A stretch of 64,000 nt of DNA from a bacterium (GTDB lineage Bacteria; Patescibacteriota; Saccharimonadia; Saccharimonadales; UBA4665), in the NCBI GenBank assembly GCA_021809645.1, contig JAJZKE010000001.1:47245-111244 (forward strand). The letters run 5' to 3'. The position numbers were made by a program, and so were the translations under genes. The notes beneath the pieces were generated by a model. That model was not told where the DNA came from. It was given only the letters and a program-made list of their open reading frames with translations, and made no database searches. Of this stretch, positions 37,683 to 48,249 are shown one piece after another. Position 1 is the first letter of the stretch. Each line of letters begins with the position of its first letter.

Positions 37683-40250
37683 ATGACAAAAACTGTTCGA
37701 CGACTATATCCAACGTTTCATCCTGAGACATACGATCTGGATTTAACGATTAATCCGAAAAATATGTCGACTATGGGAAGTGTTGTCATTAAGGGTAAAA
37801 AAGTTGGTCGACCAAGTAAAAGAATTACTCTCCATCAAAAAAACTTAAGGATATTAAGTGTTAAAATTTTTGAAATAAGTGCAAATGGCAATAACCCTTT
37901 AAAAGTAAAGAGAATTGTTTATCAGAATAGTTTTAATGAAGTTAGATTTCATTTTGATCATGATTTATATGCCGGTAAATATCAAATTGAAATTAGTTAT
38001 ATCGGTAAAATTAATACTCAACTTCACGGTATTTATAATTCGACGTTTAAAGATGGATCTAGAGAAAAAACAATTATATGTACTCAATTCGAATCACATT
38101 ATGCAAGAGAAGCATTACCTTGTATTGATGAACCGGAAGCTAAGAGTGTCTATAGTTTGACCTTAAGAACTCCCAAAGAATTAACAACATCGATATCTAA
38201 TACCGAGTTGATATCGTCTAAAATACAAGGACAATATATTGTCAATAAATTTGATAAAACCCCGTTAATGAGCAGTTATTTATTGGCTTTTGTCAGTGGA
38301 GATCTTCAATATTTGGAAGGTCATACTAATACAAACGTAAGAGTTAGGACATATGCCACCAATAAAAATGTTAAACATACTCGTTTTGCTTTGGACTGCG
38401 CAATTAAAACTCTTGATTTTTATAATGAATACTTCGACATATCGTATCCACTCAGTAAATGTGATCTGATTGCTTTGCCTGATTTTTCTTCTGGTGCTAT
38501 GGAAAATTGGGGGTGTATTACTTTTCGCGAGCAAGCCTTATTAGTTGATCCAAAAACTACATCGTTAGACTTAAAACAATATGTCGCAAATGTCGTTGCT
38601 CATGAACTAACTCATCAATGGTTTGGCAATTTAGTAACCATGAAATGGTGGAATGATTTATGGCTTAACGAAAGTTTTGCTAGTTGGATGAGCTATCTTG
38701 CTGTCGATCATCTTTTCCCTAAGTGGCATGTATGGACACAGTTTATTGTTGACGAACAAGGCGTTGGCTTAAAACAAGACTCCTTAGAGAATACTCATCC
38801 AATAGAAGTAAAAATACATAGTCCAGAAGAAATACGCAATGTCTTTGATGCTATTAGCTATGAAAAAGGGGCTAGCGTGATTACTATGCTTAATGATTAC
38901 TTAGGTCCTAGTGTTTTTAGAGACGGTATAAGGAAGTATTTAAAGCAACATTCATATTCTAATACTGATACGCTTGATCTTTGGACTGCTTTAGAGGAAG
39001 TATCTGAAAAACCTGTAGCTGAATTCATTAGTCGTTGGACAAAAGAAGAAGGCTATCCCTTAGTAAAAGTACAATATGTAGACAATATTAATGTACACCT
39101 TGACCAACATCGTTTTTATTTAAATCCCTTAGCTAAAAAATTACCGACAATCTGGCCAATCCCATTATTTAGTAGTTTAGATATTGGTAAAAATGATCCT
39201 TTATTTCATCGTTCAATAAATATATCTTTAAAAAAAGATCCAGATAATTTAATTATCAACCAGGGTAGGCATGGCTTTTATCGAACTATCTATGATGACC
39301 AAACAATTAACACGATTTTATCTGGTGATTTAATGCAAAATGTTCCTGATGTTGATCGTCTTGGCCTTATTAGCGATGCATTTGAAGCAGCTAAAGCTGG
39401 TTATTTGCCTACTTTGAGTGTCTTGAAGATGCTCGAGCACTTCTTTAACGAGAGTAGTTTAGTTGTTTGGGAGGTTATCGCAAGTGGTTTGGCTAGTCTT
39501 CGTAGTGTAATGGATGATAAACAATTAAGGGAAGATATGAAGCCTTTTACACGTAAATTAATTAGTCAAGAATTATTGCGTTTAGGATTATCGGCTAAAA
39601 AAGATGATAATCATTTTGATAAGTTACTGCGGCCGATTATTTTAGGTATGGCAGCGGTAGCAGATGAACCTTTGGTATTAAAAGAAATAAATAAATTATT
39701 TAGTAATAAACTAGCTGTTATTGATCCAGACATTCGTGGTGTCGTTTATACGACTATTGCTAGACATGGTGGAGTAAAAGAATACAATGCTTTGCTAAAG
39801 TTACATAATAACAGTATATCGCCAGAAGAACGACTTAAATTAGCGGCCGCTTTAACTAATTTTAAACAATCTCAATTAATTAATAAGTCACTTAAATTAA
39901 TTACTTCGAAAGATGTTCGCGTACAGGACGCGGCCTATTGGATTAGCTATTCTTTTAGCAATACTTATTCTAGAGAAATGACATGGCAATGGTTAAAAGA
40001 TAACTGGCAATGGATCGAGCAAAATATGGGAGAGGACATCAGTTTTTATCGTATGCCATTATATGCCGCAAATTATTTTAGCTCATCAGACTTTTTAAAG
40101 GTTTTTAAACAGTTTTTTAGTCATCGACTATCATCTGCTTTTAATCGGCCTTTAAAACAAGCTATTGAAACAATCGAATGGCGAATAGAGTGGCGGAAAC
40201 GCGATCTAGTTGATGTTAAAAGTTTTTTCTCTAAGTGGCCTAAAGGTTAA
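37683..40250 (+). CDS. pepN: M1-family aminopeptidase N
   Basis: GAMENWG exopeptidase motif and HELTHQWFGNLVT...WLNESFA zinc site. 855 aa. Confidence 0.93.
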   Translation: MTKTVRRLYPTFHPETYDLDLTINPKNMSTMGSVVIKGKKVGRPSKRITLHQKNLRILSVKIFEISANGNNPLKVKRIVYQNSFNEVRFHFDHDLYAGKYQIEISYIGKINTQLHGIYNSTFKDGSREKTIICTQFESHYAREALPCIDEPEAKSVYSLTLRTPKELTTSISNTELISSKIQGQYIVNKFDKTPLMSSYLLAFVSGDLQYLEGHTNTNVRVRTYATNKNVKHTRFALDCAIKTLDFYNEYFDISYPLSKCDLIALPDFSSGAMENWGCITFREQALLVDPKTTSLDLKQYVANVVAHELTHQWFGNLVTMKWWNDLWLNESFASWMSYLAVDHLFPKWHVWTQFIVDEQGVGLKQDSLENTHPIEVKIHSPEEIRNVFDAISYEKGASVITMLNDYLGPSVFRDGIRKYLKQHSYSNTDTLDLWTALEEVSEKPVAEFISRWTKEEGYPLVKVQYVDNINVHLDQHRFYLNPLAKKLPTIWPIPLFSSLDIGKNDPLFHRSINISLKKDPDNLIINQGRHGFYRTIYDDQTINTILSGDLMQNVPDVDRLGLISDAFEAAKAGYLPTLSVLKMLEHFFNESSLVVWEVIASGLASLRSVMDDKQLREDMKPFTRKLISQELLRLGLSAKKDDNHFDKLLRPIILGMAAVADEPLVLKEINKLFSNKLAVIDPDIRGVVYTTIARHGGVKEYNALLKLHNNSISPEERLKLAAALTNFKQSQLINKSLKLITSKDVRVQDAAYWISYSFSNTYSREMTWQWLKDNWQWIEQNMGEDISFYRMPLYAANYFSSSDFLKVFKQFFSHRLSSAFNRPLKQAIETIEWRIEWRKRDLVDVKSFFSKWPKG

Positions 40251-40769
40251 TCGGTGAATGGCACAAGGACCGCATTTAACTAGAGCTTTACGATGTTTAC
40301 TGGTCCCATAGCCAACATGTTCGTTAAATCCGTATGATGGAAAAAATTGGCTAATATAGTGCATATAATTATCTCTAGCAACCTTAGCTAATATGCTCGC
40401 TGCACTGACTGATGGGATAATCGTATCTGCCTTTATTAAAGTTCTAGCTTTTTGGTTATCTTTTAGATAATTGACATTGCCGTCAATAATAATTTCATCA
40501 ATTTGTTGATCTATTTGCATTAAAGCTCTTTTGATTGCTAAAGTAGTTGCTTTAGTTAGTCCCAAAAGGTCAATTTCATGAGGCCACACCCAACCAAGGC
40601 TAGTAATCTTTGCCTGTAAATATATTTCTTTAGACAATTCTTGGCGTTTTATTATTGATAACTTTTTAGAATCTTTAAGACCTAATATTGGTTTATTTAA
40701 ACTGACTGCACCAATAACCAAAGGACCTGCCCAACAGCCGCGGCCAACTTCGTCTATACCAATAATCAT
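40206..40769 (-). CDS. rnhB: Ribonuclease HII
   Basis: MIIGIDEVGRGCWAGPLV N-terminus, DSKKLS, and a C-terminal HR.TF.P. Confidence 0.92.
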   Translation of the reverse strand: MIIGIDEVGRGCWAGPLVIGAVSLNKPILGLKDSKKLSIIKRQELSKEIYLQAKITSLGWVWPHEIDLLGLTKATTLAIKRALMQIDQQIDEIIIDGNVNYLKDNQKARTLIKADTIIPSVSAASILAKVARDNYMHYISQFFPSYGFNEHVGYGTSKHRKALVKCGPCAIHRLTFRPLREKTFNIN

Positions 40770-40813
40770 ATTTATATTTTACTTATTTTAACTAATTTAT
40801 CTAAAGCTTTAGG

Positions 40814-41284
40814 TTATTTTGTTGTTTTACTGCTGTCGCTGTCTTTGTCATTCGTTTCTTCGCTACTAGTAGTAGATACTGTTTGTTCTTTAGTATCTTT
40901 TATTTCATCAAGAACATCATTTACTGCACTACGATCAAAACCAATACTTGCCAGTCTGGCTGATTTACCTGTTCGTTGTCTCATGTAGCTTAAATAATTG
41001 CGTCTTACTTTAGATCGTTTGGTAACCTCGATTTTAACAATAAGCGGGCTATGTATTAAAAAGCTTTTCTCAACGCCAACACCACTGGCTATTCTCCTGA
41101 CGGTTATCCTTGATAAATGGCCGCCCTTATTAGATGTCTTAATAACTAAGCCTTGAAAAATTTGGATACGTTCCTTGTTGCCTTCTTTTATTTTTTGATG
41201 AACTTTAACTGTATCACCGCTGCGAACGTTGACAACAGCCGTTTTCATATAGCTTTTAGTGATTTCTTCAATTACATTAGACAT
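40814..41284 (-). CDS. rplS: 50S ribosomal protein L19 with an acidic/Ser-rich C-terminal tail
   Basis: VRSGDTVKVHQKIKEGNKERIQIFQGLVI...ITVRRIASGVGVEK is typical of L19. Confidence 0.93.
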   Translation of the reverse strand: MSNVIEEITKSYMKTAVVNVRSGDTVKVHQKIKEGNKERIQIFQGLVIKTSNKGGHLSRITVRRIASGVGVEKSFLIHSPLIVKIEVTKRSKVRRNYLSYMRQRTGKSARLASIGFDRSAVNDVLDEIKDTKEQTVSTTSSEETNDKDSDSSKTTK

Positions 41285-41339
41285 AATTCTTGAGATTGTA
41301 CCTTAATTACCCCTGTTCTGTAAATAGTATTTTTAAATA

Positions 41340-42947
41340 TTAACCTATTACCCTGTATATTTCATCAAGTGTTGACTGATGATCAATGACTTTTAATACA
41401 GCGTCTTGAAGCATTGTTACCATACCGCTTTTAATTGCTGCCTTTTCAATATCAATGGAAGTAACTACATTTTCGGTTGATTCTAGAATAGATCTAATTA
41501 AATCGGTAATTAAAAATTGTTCTCGTATTGCTAACTGACCTTTAAATCCATATGGATTTTTATCAGTAATTATTGGTCGTGCAAGCTGTAAATTATTAAG
41601 ATCCGGTTTTGGTATTTGTTCCGGTAAAGTATCAACTATTTGTCTTAGTAACTTTATTTGTGATTCGTTCGGTGTATATAGTTCCATTGAGTCCGGATCG
41701 ATTTTTCGGATTAATCTTTGAGCCATGACTAACCTGATGGCTGATATATACAAAGGATTTTGATTAATTATGTCCGCTAGTCTAGTGATTGCTGCAGAAG
41801 CTGAGTTGGCATGGAAGGTACTTAAGACTAAATGACCGGTCATGGCTGCCTGTAGAGCTGCCCTAGCAGTATCAAGATCTCTTATTTCACCAACCATAAT
41901 AATATCCGGATCAAGTCTTAGAACGGCTCTAAGTTGATCAGCAAATACCGAGTCCTTGGATTTTTCAGATGTCCTGACGGAAATTTGAGTAATGCTTTTA
42001 AATTGATACTCCACCGGATCTTCAATGGTTATTATTTTTCGTTCATCGTTAGATAAAGATTCTAGCATTGAGTATAGTGTTGTCGTTTTGCCTGATCCTG
42101 TTGGGCCAACGATCATCACTAAACCGCTAGGCTTGGCAATAATGTCATCAACTACTTTCCTTTCAGTCGGTGATAGACCAAGACTATCTAGTTTGTACAT
42201 CGATTCATCCATATTAAATAATCTCATAACGACATCCATGGAATTAATAGTTTGAACTGTTTCTAATCTCACATTAACGTCTACCTGATGGCCGTCAGCC
42301 ATAGTAACTTTTTGCGATATATGACCCTGTTGAGCATCCTTTGACGATGTCGATATATCACCGGCACTAGCAATTGCTGATAAAAGCACTCGATATTTAT
42401 CGTAATTAAGATTTGCTATGGGGTGAAGAACACCGTCAATTCTAAACCTTATCCTTACATTTTCTTGTTGTGTTTCTAGGTGTATATCCGATGAACCAAG
42501 ACGATGAGCCTGTTGAACTAAATAAGCTAACATGTCATCGGCTTTTACTTGGTTTAATATTTCAGATATTTGATTAACAAGTTCTGGTGAACTCGTCTTA
42601 TTTATATCTATTTCCTGATATTCAATCTTTGGTGGCGGATCATATAAATTAAGATATTCACGGTAGCCTGTATCTGAAATAATGGCAAAAGTTATTCTTT
42701 GGTCTAAATAGGTTTGTTTAATATGACTAATGGCTTGCTGTGAGGTTGTTGTTGTTATTCCAAAAACAATATTGCTTTTGTCAGCTTGTAGAGGAACTGC
42801 TTTTAAATTCTTAATTTGATCATTTGACATGACTTCCTTATACAAGATTTTATTGATAATCTTAGAAGTATCAACGTAATCAAACCCAAGTATACGGGCA
42901 CGTCTTTCAGTAGACTGTTCTTCATCGAACCTAGCATCTTGACTCAT
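41340..42947 (-). CDS. Type II/IV secretion-system ATPase (PilB/GspE family)
   Basis: GspE N-terminal domain, Walker A GPTGSGKTT, Asp box, Walker B (IIMVGEIRD) and His box (LVLSTFHAN). Confidence 0.88.
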   Translation of the reverse strand: MSQDARFDEEQSTERRARILGFDYVDTSKIINKILYKEVMSNDQIKNLKAVPLQADKSNIVFGITTTTSQQAISHIKQTYLDQRITFAIISDTGYREYLNLYDPPPKIEYQEIDINKTSSPELVNQISEILNQVKADDMLAYLVQQAHRLGSSDIHLETQQENVRIRFRIDGVLHPIANLNYDKYRVLLSAIASAGDISTSSKDAQQGHISQKVTMADGHQVDVNVRLETVQTINSMDVVMRLFNMDESMYKLDSLGLSPTERKVVDDIIAKPSGLVMIVGPTGSGKTTTLYSMLESLSNDERKIITIEDPVEYQFKSITQISVRTSEKSKDSVFADQLRAVLRLDPDIIMVGEIRDLDTARAALQAAMTGHLVLSTFHANSASAAITRLADIINQNPLYISAIRLVMAQRLIRKIDPDSMELYTPNESQIKLLRQIVDTLPEQIPKPDLNNLQLARPIITDKNPYGFKGQLAIREQFLITDLIRSILESTENVVTSIDIEKAAIKSGMVTMLQDAVLKVIDHQSTLDEIYRVIG

Positions 42948-42961
42948 TATGTATATTATAA

Positions 42962-43483
42962 ATGCTTATGGCTAAAACAATAAATACTTCCAGACAAATT
43001 GTGATCGTTGCCAATAATATCCGCAGTGCTCATAACGTCGGCTCATTATTTAGAACAGCTGAGGGATTAGCTATCAACAAATTAATTTTAACTGGTTATA
43101 CACCTTATCCAATCTCTAAAAATGATCTTCGCTTACCACATATAGCTAAAAAGATTGATAATCAAATTCAAAAGACAGCTTTGAATGCTCAACATAGCTT
43201 AAGTTGGAGCTACAGCCAAGATATTAATTTAATATTAAATAAGTATCGTCTTTTAGGTTACACGATTTATAGTCTAGAGCAGGCACCGCATAGTATCGCC
43301 ATAAATAATCTAAAACCGACTGAGAAATCATTAATAATACTTGGCAATGAAATCAATGGTATAGAGAAAGAGATTTTATTGCAAAGTGATCATATCATCG
43401 AAATACCGATGTTAGGTGAAAAAGAATCCTTTAACGTTGTTCAAGCTGCAGCAATGGCTCTATTTTATCTAAGATATTGTTAA
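42962..43483 (+). CDS. SpoU/TrmH-family RNA 2'-O-methyltransferase
   Basis: NIRSAHNVGSLFRTAEG, LGNEINGI and ESFNVVQAAAMALF SPOUT motifs. Confidence 0.8.
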   Translation: MLMAKTINTSRQIVIVANNIRSAHNVGSLFRTAEGLAINKLILTGYTPYPISKNDLRLPHIAKKIDNQIQKTALNAQHSLSWSYSQDINLILNKYRLLGYTIYSLEQAPHSIAINNLKPTEKSLIILGNEINGIEKEILLQSDHIIEIPMLGEKESFNVVQAAAMALFYLRYC

Positions 43484-43486
43484 TTA

Positions 43487-43927
43487 ATGATAATATACTT
43501 TATAGGAATAAAAATGACTTTAGTTAAGAATAAACCAAGAGTCACCGCCAACCAGAGAAAAATGGTCGGTAGCCATCATAAGAAAAACAAGAAATATCTT
43601 AAAACTTATTGGCCATATCTGCCAATTATATCTATTTTAACTGGCTCAATATTAGTTAGTTATTATTTACCCTTATCTCATGAGAATAAAAATAGTTTAA
43701 GATCAGGTTATAGCGCAAGAATTAGCTCGGTTATTGGACGATCTAATAATATACTACTTGATCTTATGTATATTATATTTGGTTGTTTAGTCATCTGGTA
43801 TGCCTTAAGACATTTTAAAAGGCTCAAGAAGCTAGCATATGAGGGCGAGGAATATTTAGCCAAACATTACTTATTTGATATATTAATTGGCGTCATTATT
43901 GGTGGGCTTTTTATTATGATTACTTAG
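43487..43927 (+). CDS. Hypothetical membrane protein
   Basis: Three hydrophobic segments and no recognisable motif. The start is ambiguous (43487 or the ATG at 43514). Confidence 0.45.
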   Translation: MIIYFIGIKMTLVKNKPRVTANQRKMVGSHHKKNKKYLKTYWPYLPIISILTGSILVSYYLPLSHENKNSLRSGYSARISSVIGRSNNILLDLMYIIFGCLVIWYALRHFKRLKKLAYEGEEYLAKHYLFDILIGVIIGGLFIMIT

Positions 43928-46900
43928 CTAACAGCTAGGTTCTCGCTACCAACAAGTTCACTTAAAATATTAATACCTTCTGTATTTTGATGATCAAAAC
44001 CGTTCGGAAGTCTAATCGCTTGTCGATCGTTGTTATTCTCAAAAACTAATATTACTTTTGCTTGGCCAATATATTTATCGATTGTTGTTTTTAAATTAGT
44101 TAATAATCTATCGTCGATATTATTTTTTAATTTAATATATACTTTAGGATCTTTATTGGAACCATTACTATTCGATATTTTAGTTAAGTCTAAAGGCTCT
44201 ATATCTTCAAGGATCAGACTTTTAGAGTTATTGTTAACATTTGATGATCTTGAAGAAACAGTTGAGTGAAAGAGATAAATCTTATCTCTAATTAATTGAT
44301 CAGCTAAATCTTTATAAACTTTAGGAAAGACGACCATTTCAATATCAGCCGTTAGATCTTCGATTTTCAAAAAGGCCATTCGTTGGCCATTTTTAGTTGT
44401 TATTTCTTTATTATCGCTAATTAAACCGCCAACTGTTACTTTAGCATCATTGGCCATGTTTTTTATTTGAGAAATTGGTATACACTTATTAGCTAAATAA
44501 TCGCTAATATCACTAAGTGGATGTCGACTAAGATATATACCTAGCAATTCTCTTTCCCATGATAAATATACTTTTGTATCTATATCTTCTTTATTTTTAA
44601 TTAATTCTATTTTATGACTAACGACATTTTGTATCGGTCCTCGACTATCGAATAAATTAAGTTGATTTGATTCTTTTTGTTTTTGTTGTCTCGAGGCGTA
44701 CGATATCATTAACTCGATATTATTAAGTAACAGTTGGCGGTCATAAAAACTGTCAAATGCACCTGTTTTTATTAAACTTTCTAAAGATTTTCTATTTACT
44801 ATTCTTGGATTAACTCTAGTTAAATAATCTTCAATACTTGAAAAATGTTTATCTCCTCGAGCTTCGACTATTTCTTCAGCTGCTGAAGTGCCAACGTTTT
44901 TAATAGCTTTTAGTCCAAATCTGATTTGTTTTTTATTAGGTACAATACCAAATTCGACAAATGATTCGTTAATATCTGGCGGTAAAACCTCTATATTTAA
45001 ATGTCGACATTCAGCTATCTCGATGGCTAATCGATCAATATTATCGTAATCAGTTGTCATTAGGGCTGCCATAAAAGCGTCGGTAAAATGTGCTTTTAAG
45101 TAAGCTGTCCAGTAAGATATCTGGGCATAAGATGTAGCATGAGATTTGGCAAACGAATAGTCAGCGAATGGTTGGATTAAGGACCATAGTTCTTGAGCTT
45201 GTTTTTTAGATAATCCCTGCTCCATCGAACCTGATATAAATTTAGGTTCTTCGGCTTGCATTATGTCTCTTTTTTTCTTACCAATTGCCTTTCTTACTAG
45301 ATCAGCTTCAGCAGCTGAATAGCCAGCTATACGCTGCAGTATTTGGATTATTTGCTCTTGGTAAACCATTACACCGTATGTATCTTTTAGGGTCGATTCT
45401 AGTGCGCTATGAAGATATTTAATCTTATTCGGATTGTTTTTCCCTTCGATAAAACGCGGTATTTCTGACATTGGTCCTGGTCGATAAAGTGCAACCATAG
45501 CGATAATATCTGTAAACATAGTCGGTTTTAATTGTTTTAAATATCTTTTCATGCCTGCTGATTCTAGCTGAAATACACCGACAGTATCAGCAGCCTGCAA
45601 AAGTTCAAAAGTTTTTTGATCGTCTTTTGGTATCTCGTCGATATTAATTGTCTTGTTATATACTTTTCTAATTATTCGCTGAGCATTTCTAATTGTTGTT
45701 AAATTAGATAAACCCAAAAAATCGATTTTCAATAGACCTAGTTCATCGATTGGCCCCATTGAATATTGAGTTGAGACAACGCCCTTTTGAGCCATTTCTA
45801 AAGGAGCAAATTTGACTATTTCGTCAGGTGCAATTACAACGCCGGCAGCGTGGATACCATGGCTTCTAATTGTTCCTTCAAGTTGAATAGCTAAGTCAAA
45901 GACTTTTTTAGCTGTTTCGTTGGTCTTATACTCATTATTTAAGTCTTCATCGTCTTTGATTGATTTTTTAAGTGGAATATGTCTTCCTTGAACTGGAAGA
46001 GGAATCATCTTAGCTAAACGATCTGCTTCAGCGTATGGTACCTGTAAGACTCTGGCTACATCTCTAACGGCGTTCCTAGCTGCCATTCTGCCAAAAGTTA
46101 CTATATTAGCGACTTTTTGTGATCCGTATTTATTGACACAATAGTTTATTACTTCATCTCGTCTAGTATCTTGGATATCTATATCGATATCCGGCATTGA
46201 TATTCTTGATGGATTTAAAAATCTTTCAAACATTAGATCGTATTTTATTGGATCTATTTCGGTAATACGTAAAGCGTAAGATACAATTGAACCTGCAGCT
46301 GAGCCTCTTCCCGGCCCAAAAATAACCTTATTATCTTTACCCCAATTAATAAAGTCTTGAACGATTAAGAAATATCCACTGAATCCCATTTGATGAATAA
46401 CACTAAGCTCGTACTCTGCTCTATCTATATATTTTTGATCTAACATTTTTTTAGCTTGAGTAATAGTTAATGATATAGATTTTTGTCGGCTAACTTTAGC
46501 GTAACGCCAGGCTAATCCTTGGTATACTAAAGCTTCTAGATAATCTTTTTCATTAGATCCTTGAGGTACTGGAAATTTAGGAATTAGTATTTTTCCTAAT
46601 GGTATATTTACGTTGCATAAGTCAGCTATTTTTTTAGTGTTAGAGACAACATCCGGATGATCGTTACCCCATCTCTTTATTATTTCATTTGGTTCAGTGA
46701 CATGAAGTTCTAAATCTTTTAAACTAAGTCTTTTTTCGTCTGTAAAAAATGAATTAGTTTGAATGCAAAGAAGTATTTCATGAGCTGTTTGATCTTGCTG
46801 CCTTAAATAATGGGCGTCGGCAGTAACTACTACCGGAATTTGTAAATTTTTAGCTATTTCAAAAACTTGATCGTTAATGTTTTTTTGTATTTTATTAAAA

Positions 46901-47475
46901 GTCGGATGATTAGGGTGCCCATGATCTTGAACTTCTAGATAATAACGATCATTAAAAACTTTCTTATACCATTTAGCAATTTCCTGAGCATCTTTAAAAA
47001 GCCCCTGGTTTAATGCTTGACCTATTTCACTACCCATACAACCGCTTAAGCAAATGAGTCCTTTATTATATTGTTCTAATGTTTGCCGGTCGATTCGTGG
47101 CTTATAGTAATAACCATCCAGGTTGGCAATAGAAGATAATCTCATTAAGTTTTGATATCCAGTATCGTCCATAGCTAATAAGATTAAGTGGTAGTTCTCT
47201 TTGTCGTAGTTTATATCTTTATCGGATAACCTACGACTAGCGATATATGTTTCGATTCCTAAAATCGGTTTTATATCTTTAGACTTCGCATCTTTATATA
47301 GCTCTATTAAACCGCTTAGAGTACCATGATCAGTTATGGCAATTGCTTCCATTTTGGCTTTTTTTACAAAATCTATCAACTCTGGCACCTTTGTTAATCC
47401 ATCCAATAAACTATATTGGGTGTGATTGTGCAGGTGCACAAAATCTTTAGCTTTAAGTTTTTTTCTTTCAGTCAA
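43924..47475 (-). CDS. dnaE: DNA polymerase III alpha subunit (DnaE type), TTG start
   Basis: PHP domain FVHLHNHTQYSLLDG and polymerase core (GRGSAAGS, PDIDID). 1183 aa, with GGAGG before the TTG at 47475. Confidence 0.96.
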   Translation of the reverse strand: MTERKKLKAKDFVHLHNHTQYSLLDGLTKVPELIDFVKKAKMEAIAITDHGTLSGLIELYKDAKSKDIKPILGIETYIASRRLSDKDINYDKENYHLILLAMDDTGYQNLMRLSSIANLDGYYYKPRIDRQTLEQYNKGLICLSGCMGSEIGQALNQGLFKDAQEIAKWYKKVFNDRYYLEVQDHGHPNHPTFNKIQKNINDQVFEIAKNLQIPVVVTADAHYLRQQDQTAHEILLCIQTNSFFTDEKRLSLKDLELHVTEPNEIIKRWGNDHPDVVSNTKKIADLCNVNIPLGKILIPKFPVPQGSNEKDYLEALVYQGLAWRYAKVSRQKSISLTITQAKKMLDQKYIDRAEYELSVIHQMGFSGYFLIVQDFINWGKDNKVIFGPGRGSAAGSIVSYALRITEIDPIKYDLMFERFLNPSRISMPDIDIDIQDTRRDEVINYCVNKYGSQKVANIVTFGRMAARNAVRDVARVLQVPYAEADRLAKMIPLPVQGRHIPLKKSIKDDEDLNNEYKTNETAKKVFDLAIQLEGTIRSHGIHAAGVVIAPDEIVKFAPLEMAQKGVVSTQYSMGPIDELGLLKIDFLGLSNLTTIRNAQRIIRKVYNKTINIDEIPKDDQKTFELLQAADTVGVFQLESAGMKRYLKQLKPTMFTDIIAMVALYRPGPMSEIPRFIEGKNNPNKIKYLHSALESTLKDTYGVMVYQEQIIQILQRIAGYSAAEADLVRKAIGKKKRDIMQAEEPKFISGSMEQGLSKKQAQELWSLIQPFADYSFAKSHATSYAQISYWTAYLKAHFTDAFMAALMTTDYDNIDRLAIEIAECRHLNIEVLPPDINESFVEFGIVPNKKQIRFGLKAIKNVGTSAAEEIVEARGDKHFSSIEDYLTRVNPRIVNRKSLESLIKTGAFDSFYDRQLLLNNIELMISYASRQQKQKESNQLNLFDSRGPIQNVVSHKIELIKNKEDIDTKVYLSWERELLGIYLSRHPLSDISDYLANKCIPISQIKNMANDAKVTVGGLISDNKEITTKNGQRMAFLKIEDLTADIEMVVFPKVYKDLADQLIRDKIYLFHSTVSSRSSNVNNNSKSLILEDIEPLDLTKISNSNGSNKDPKVYIKLKNNIDDRLLTNLKTTIDKYIGQAKVILVFENNNDRQAIRLPNGFDHQNTEGINILSELVGSENLAVS

Positions 47476-47543
47476 CCGAAACCTCCGGATGCCTCTTTTG
47501 TTTTTCTATTATACAAGACTATAGAATAGAATTCGATAATTTT

Positions 47544-47921
47544 TTACTTTTTTATAAATTTTCTAAGTTCGTTTAAGCTTTCCTTGGCTCTACTTAAAGC
47601 GGCTTCTAAATCCTCATCTAAATTATCTTGTCCGTGTAAAGAGCTTAGAATATTTTTAATTTTTTTCTGTGATGTTCTTGTTCGATTTTCAATTTCTTTA
47701 AATTTTGAATTAAACTTTGGAATTTTAGATACCTTGTTCAATAAATCTTTATTTTCACTATAAATTGATTTAAATTCTCGTTCGATTTGTTGAATGTTAA
47801 CAGATTTCTGAAGTCTTTTTCTAGTTCTTTGACCACTTCTTGGAGCTGTTAATAACCCAGCGACATAACCAACAGTTAAAAGTCCTATGACTTTTGTTAT
47901 TGATTTTCTTACTTTTGGCAT
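47544..47921 (-). CDS. YtxH-like protein
   Basis: An N-terminal hydrophobic helix, then LLTAPRSGQRTRKRL (YtxH signature), then a helical charged tail. Confidence 0.55.
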   Translation of the reverse strand: MPKVRKSITKVIGLLTVGYVAGLLTAPRSGQRTRKRLQKSVNIQQIEREFKSIYSENKDLLNKVSKIPKFNSKFKEIENRTRTSQKKIKNILSSLHGQDNLDEDLEAALSRAKESLNELRKFIKK

Positions 47922-48178
47922 TATTTTCCCTTATCTTTTTCTAATAGACCGTGAATTAGACTAATTAGTGGATGTTTGGCGTGTGAAGCGCGACCAATGT
48001 GCCTTAAGGTTTCAGTGGCTGATTCGATATTATCAATAGCTGCTTCTGTTGTTTTGGCTATTTTTCGTATCTTATTTATTACAGCTATTGCTTCGATCAA
48101 AAATACAATTAAGACAATAAATAAAACACTTAATACTATGGTTATTATCAAAAGTTCGATATTATTGGTCGTTGACAT
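47921..48178 (-). CDS. Small membrane protein (DUF948-like)
   Basis: One N-terminal TM helix plus an amphipathic helix. It pairs with the YtxH-like gene, as in Firmicutes. The assignment is tentative. Confidence 0.4.
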   Translation of the reverse strand: MSTTNNIELLIITIVLSVLFIVLIVFLIEAIAVINKIRKIAKTTEAAIDNIESATETLRHIGRASHAKHPLISLIHGLLEKDKGK

Positions 48179-48249
48179 ATTTATTCCTCATCACACTATT
48201 TATGTTTATCTAATGTATTATACTCTATGATTTTTTTATATATCATAAT

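Noticed and set aside
37915-38534. Alternative-frame ORFs inside pepN (37915..38160 on the plus strand, 38280..38534 on the minus strand)
   Set aside because: They are fully contained in the well-supported M1 aminopeptidase frame, and their translations are low-complexity.
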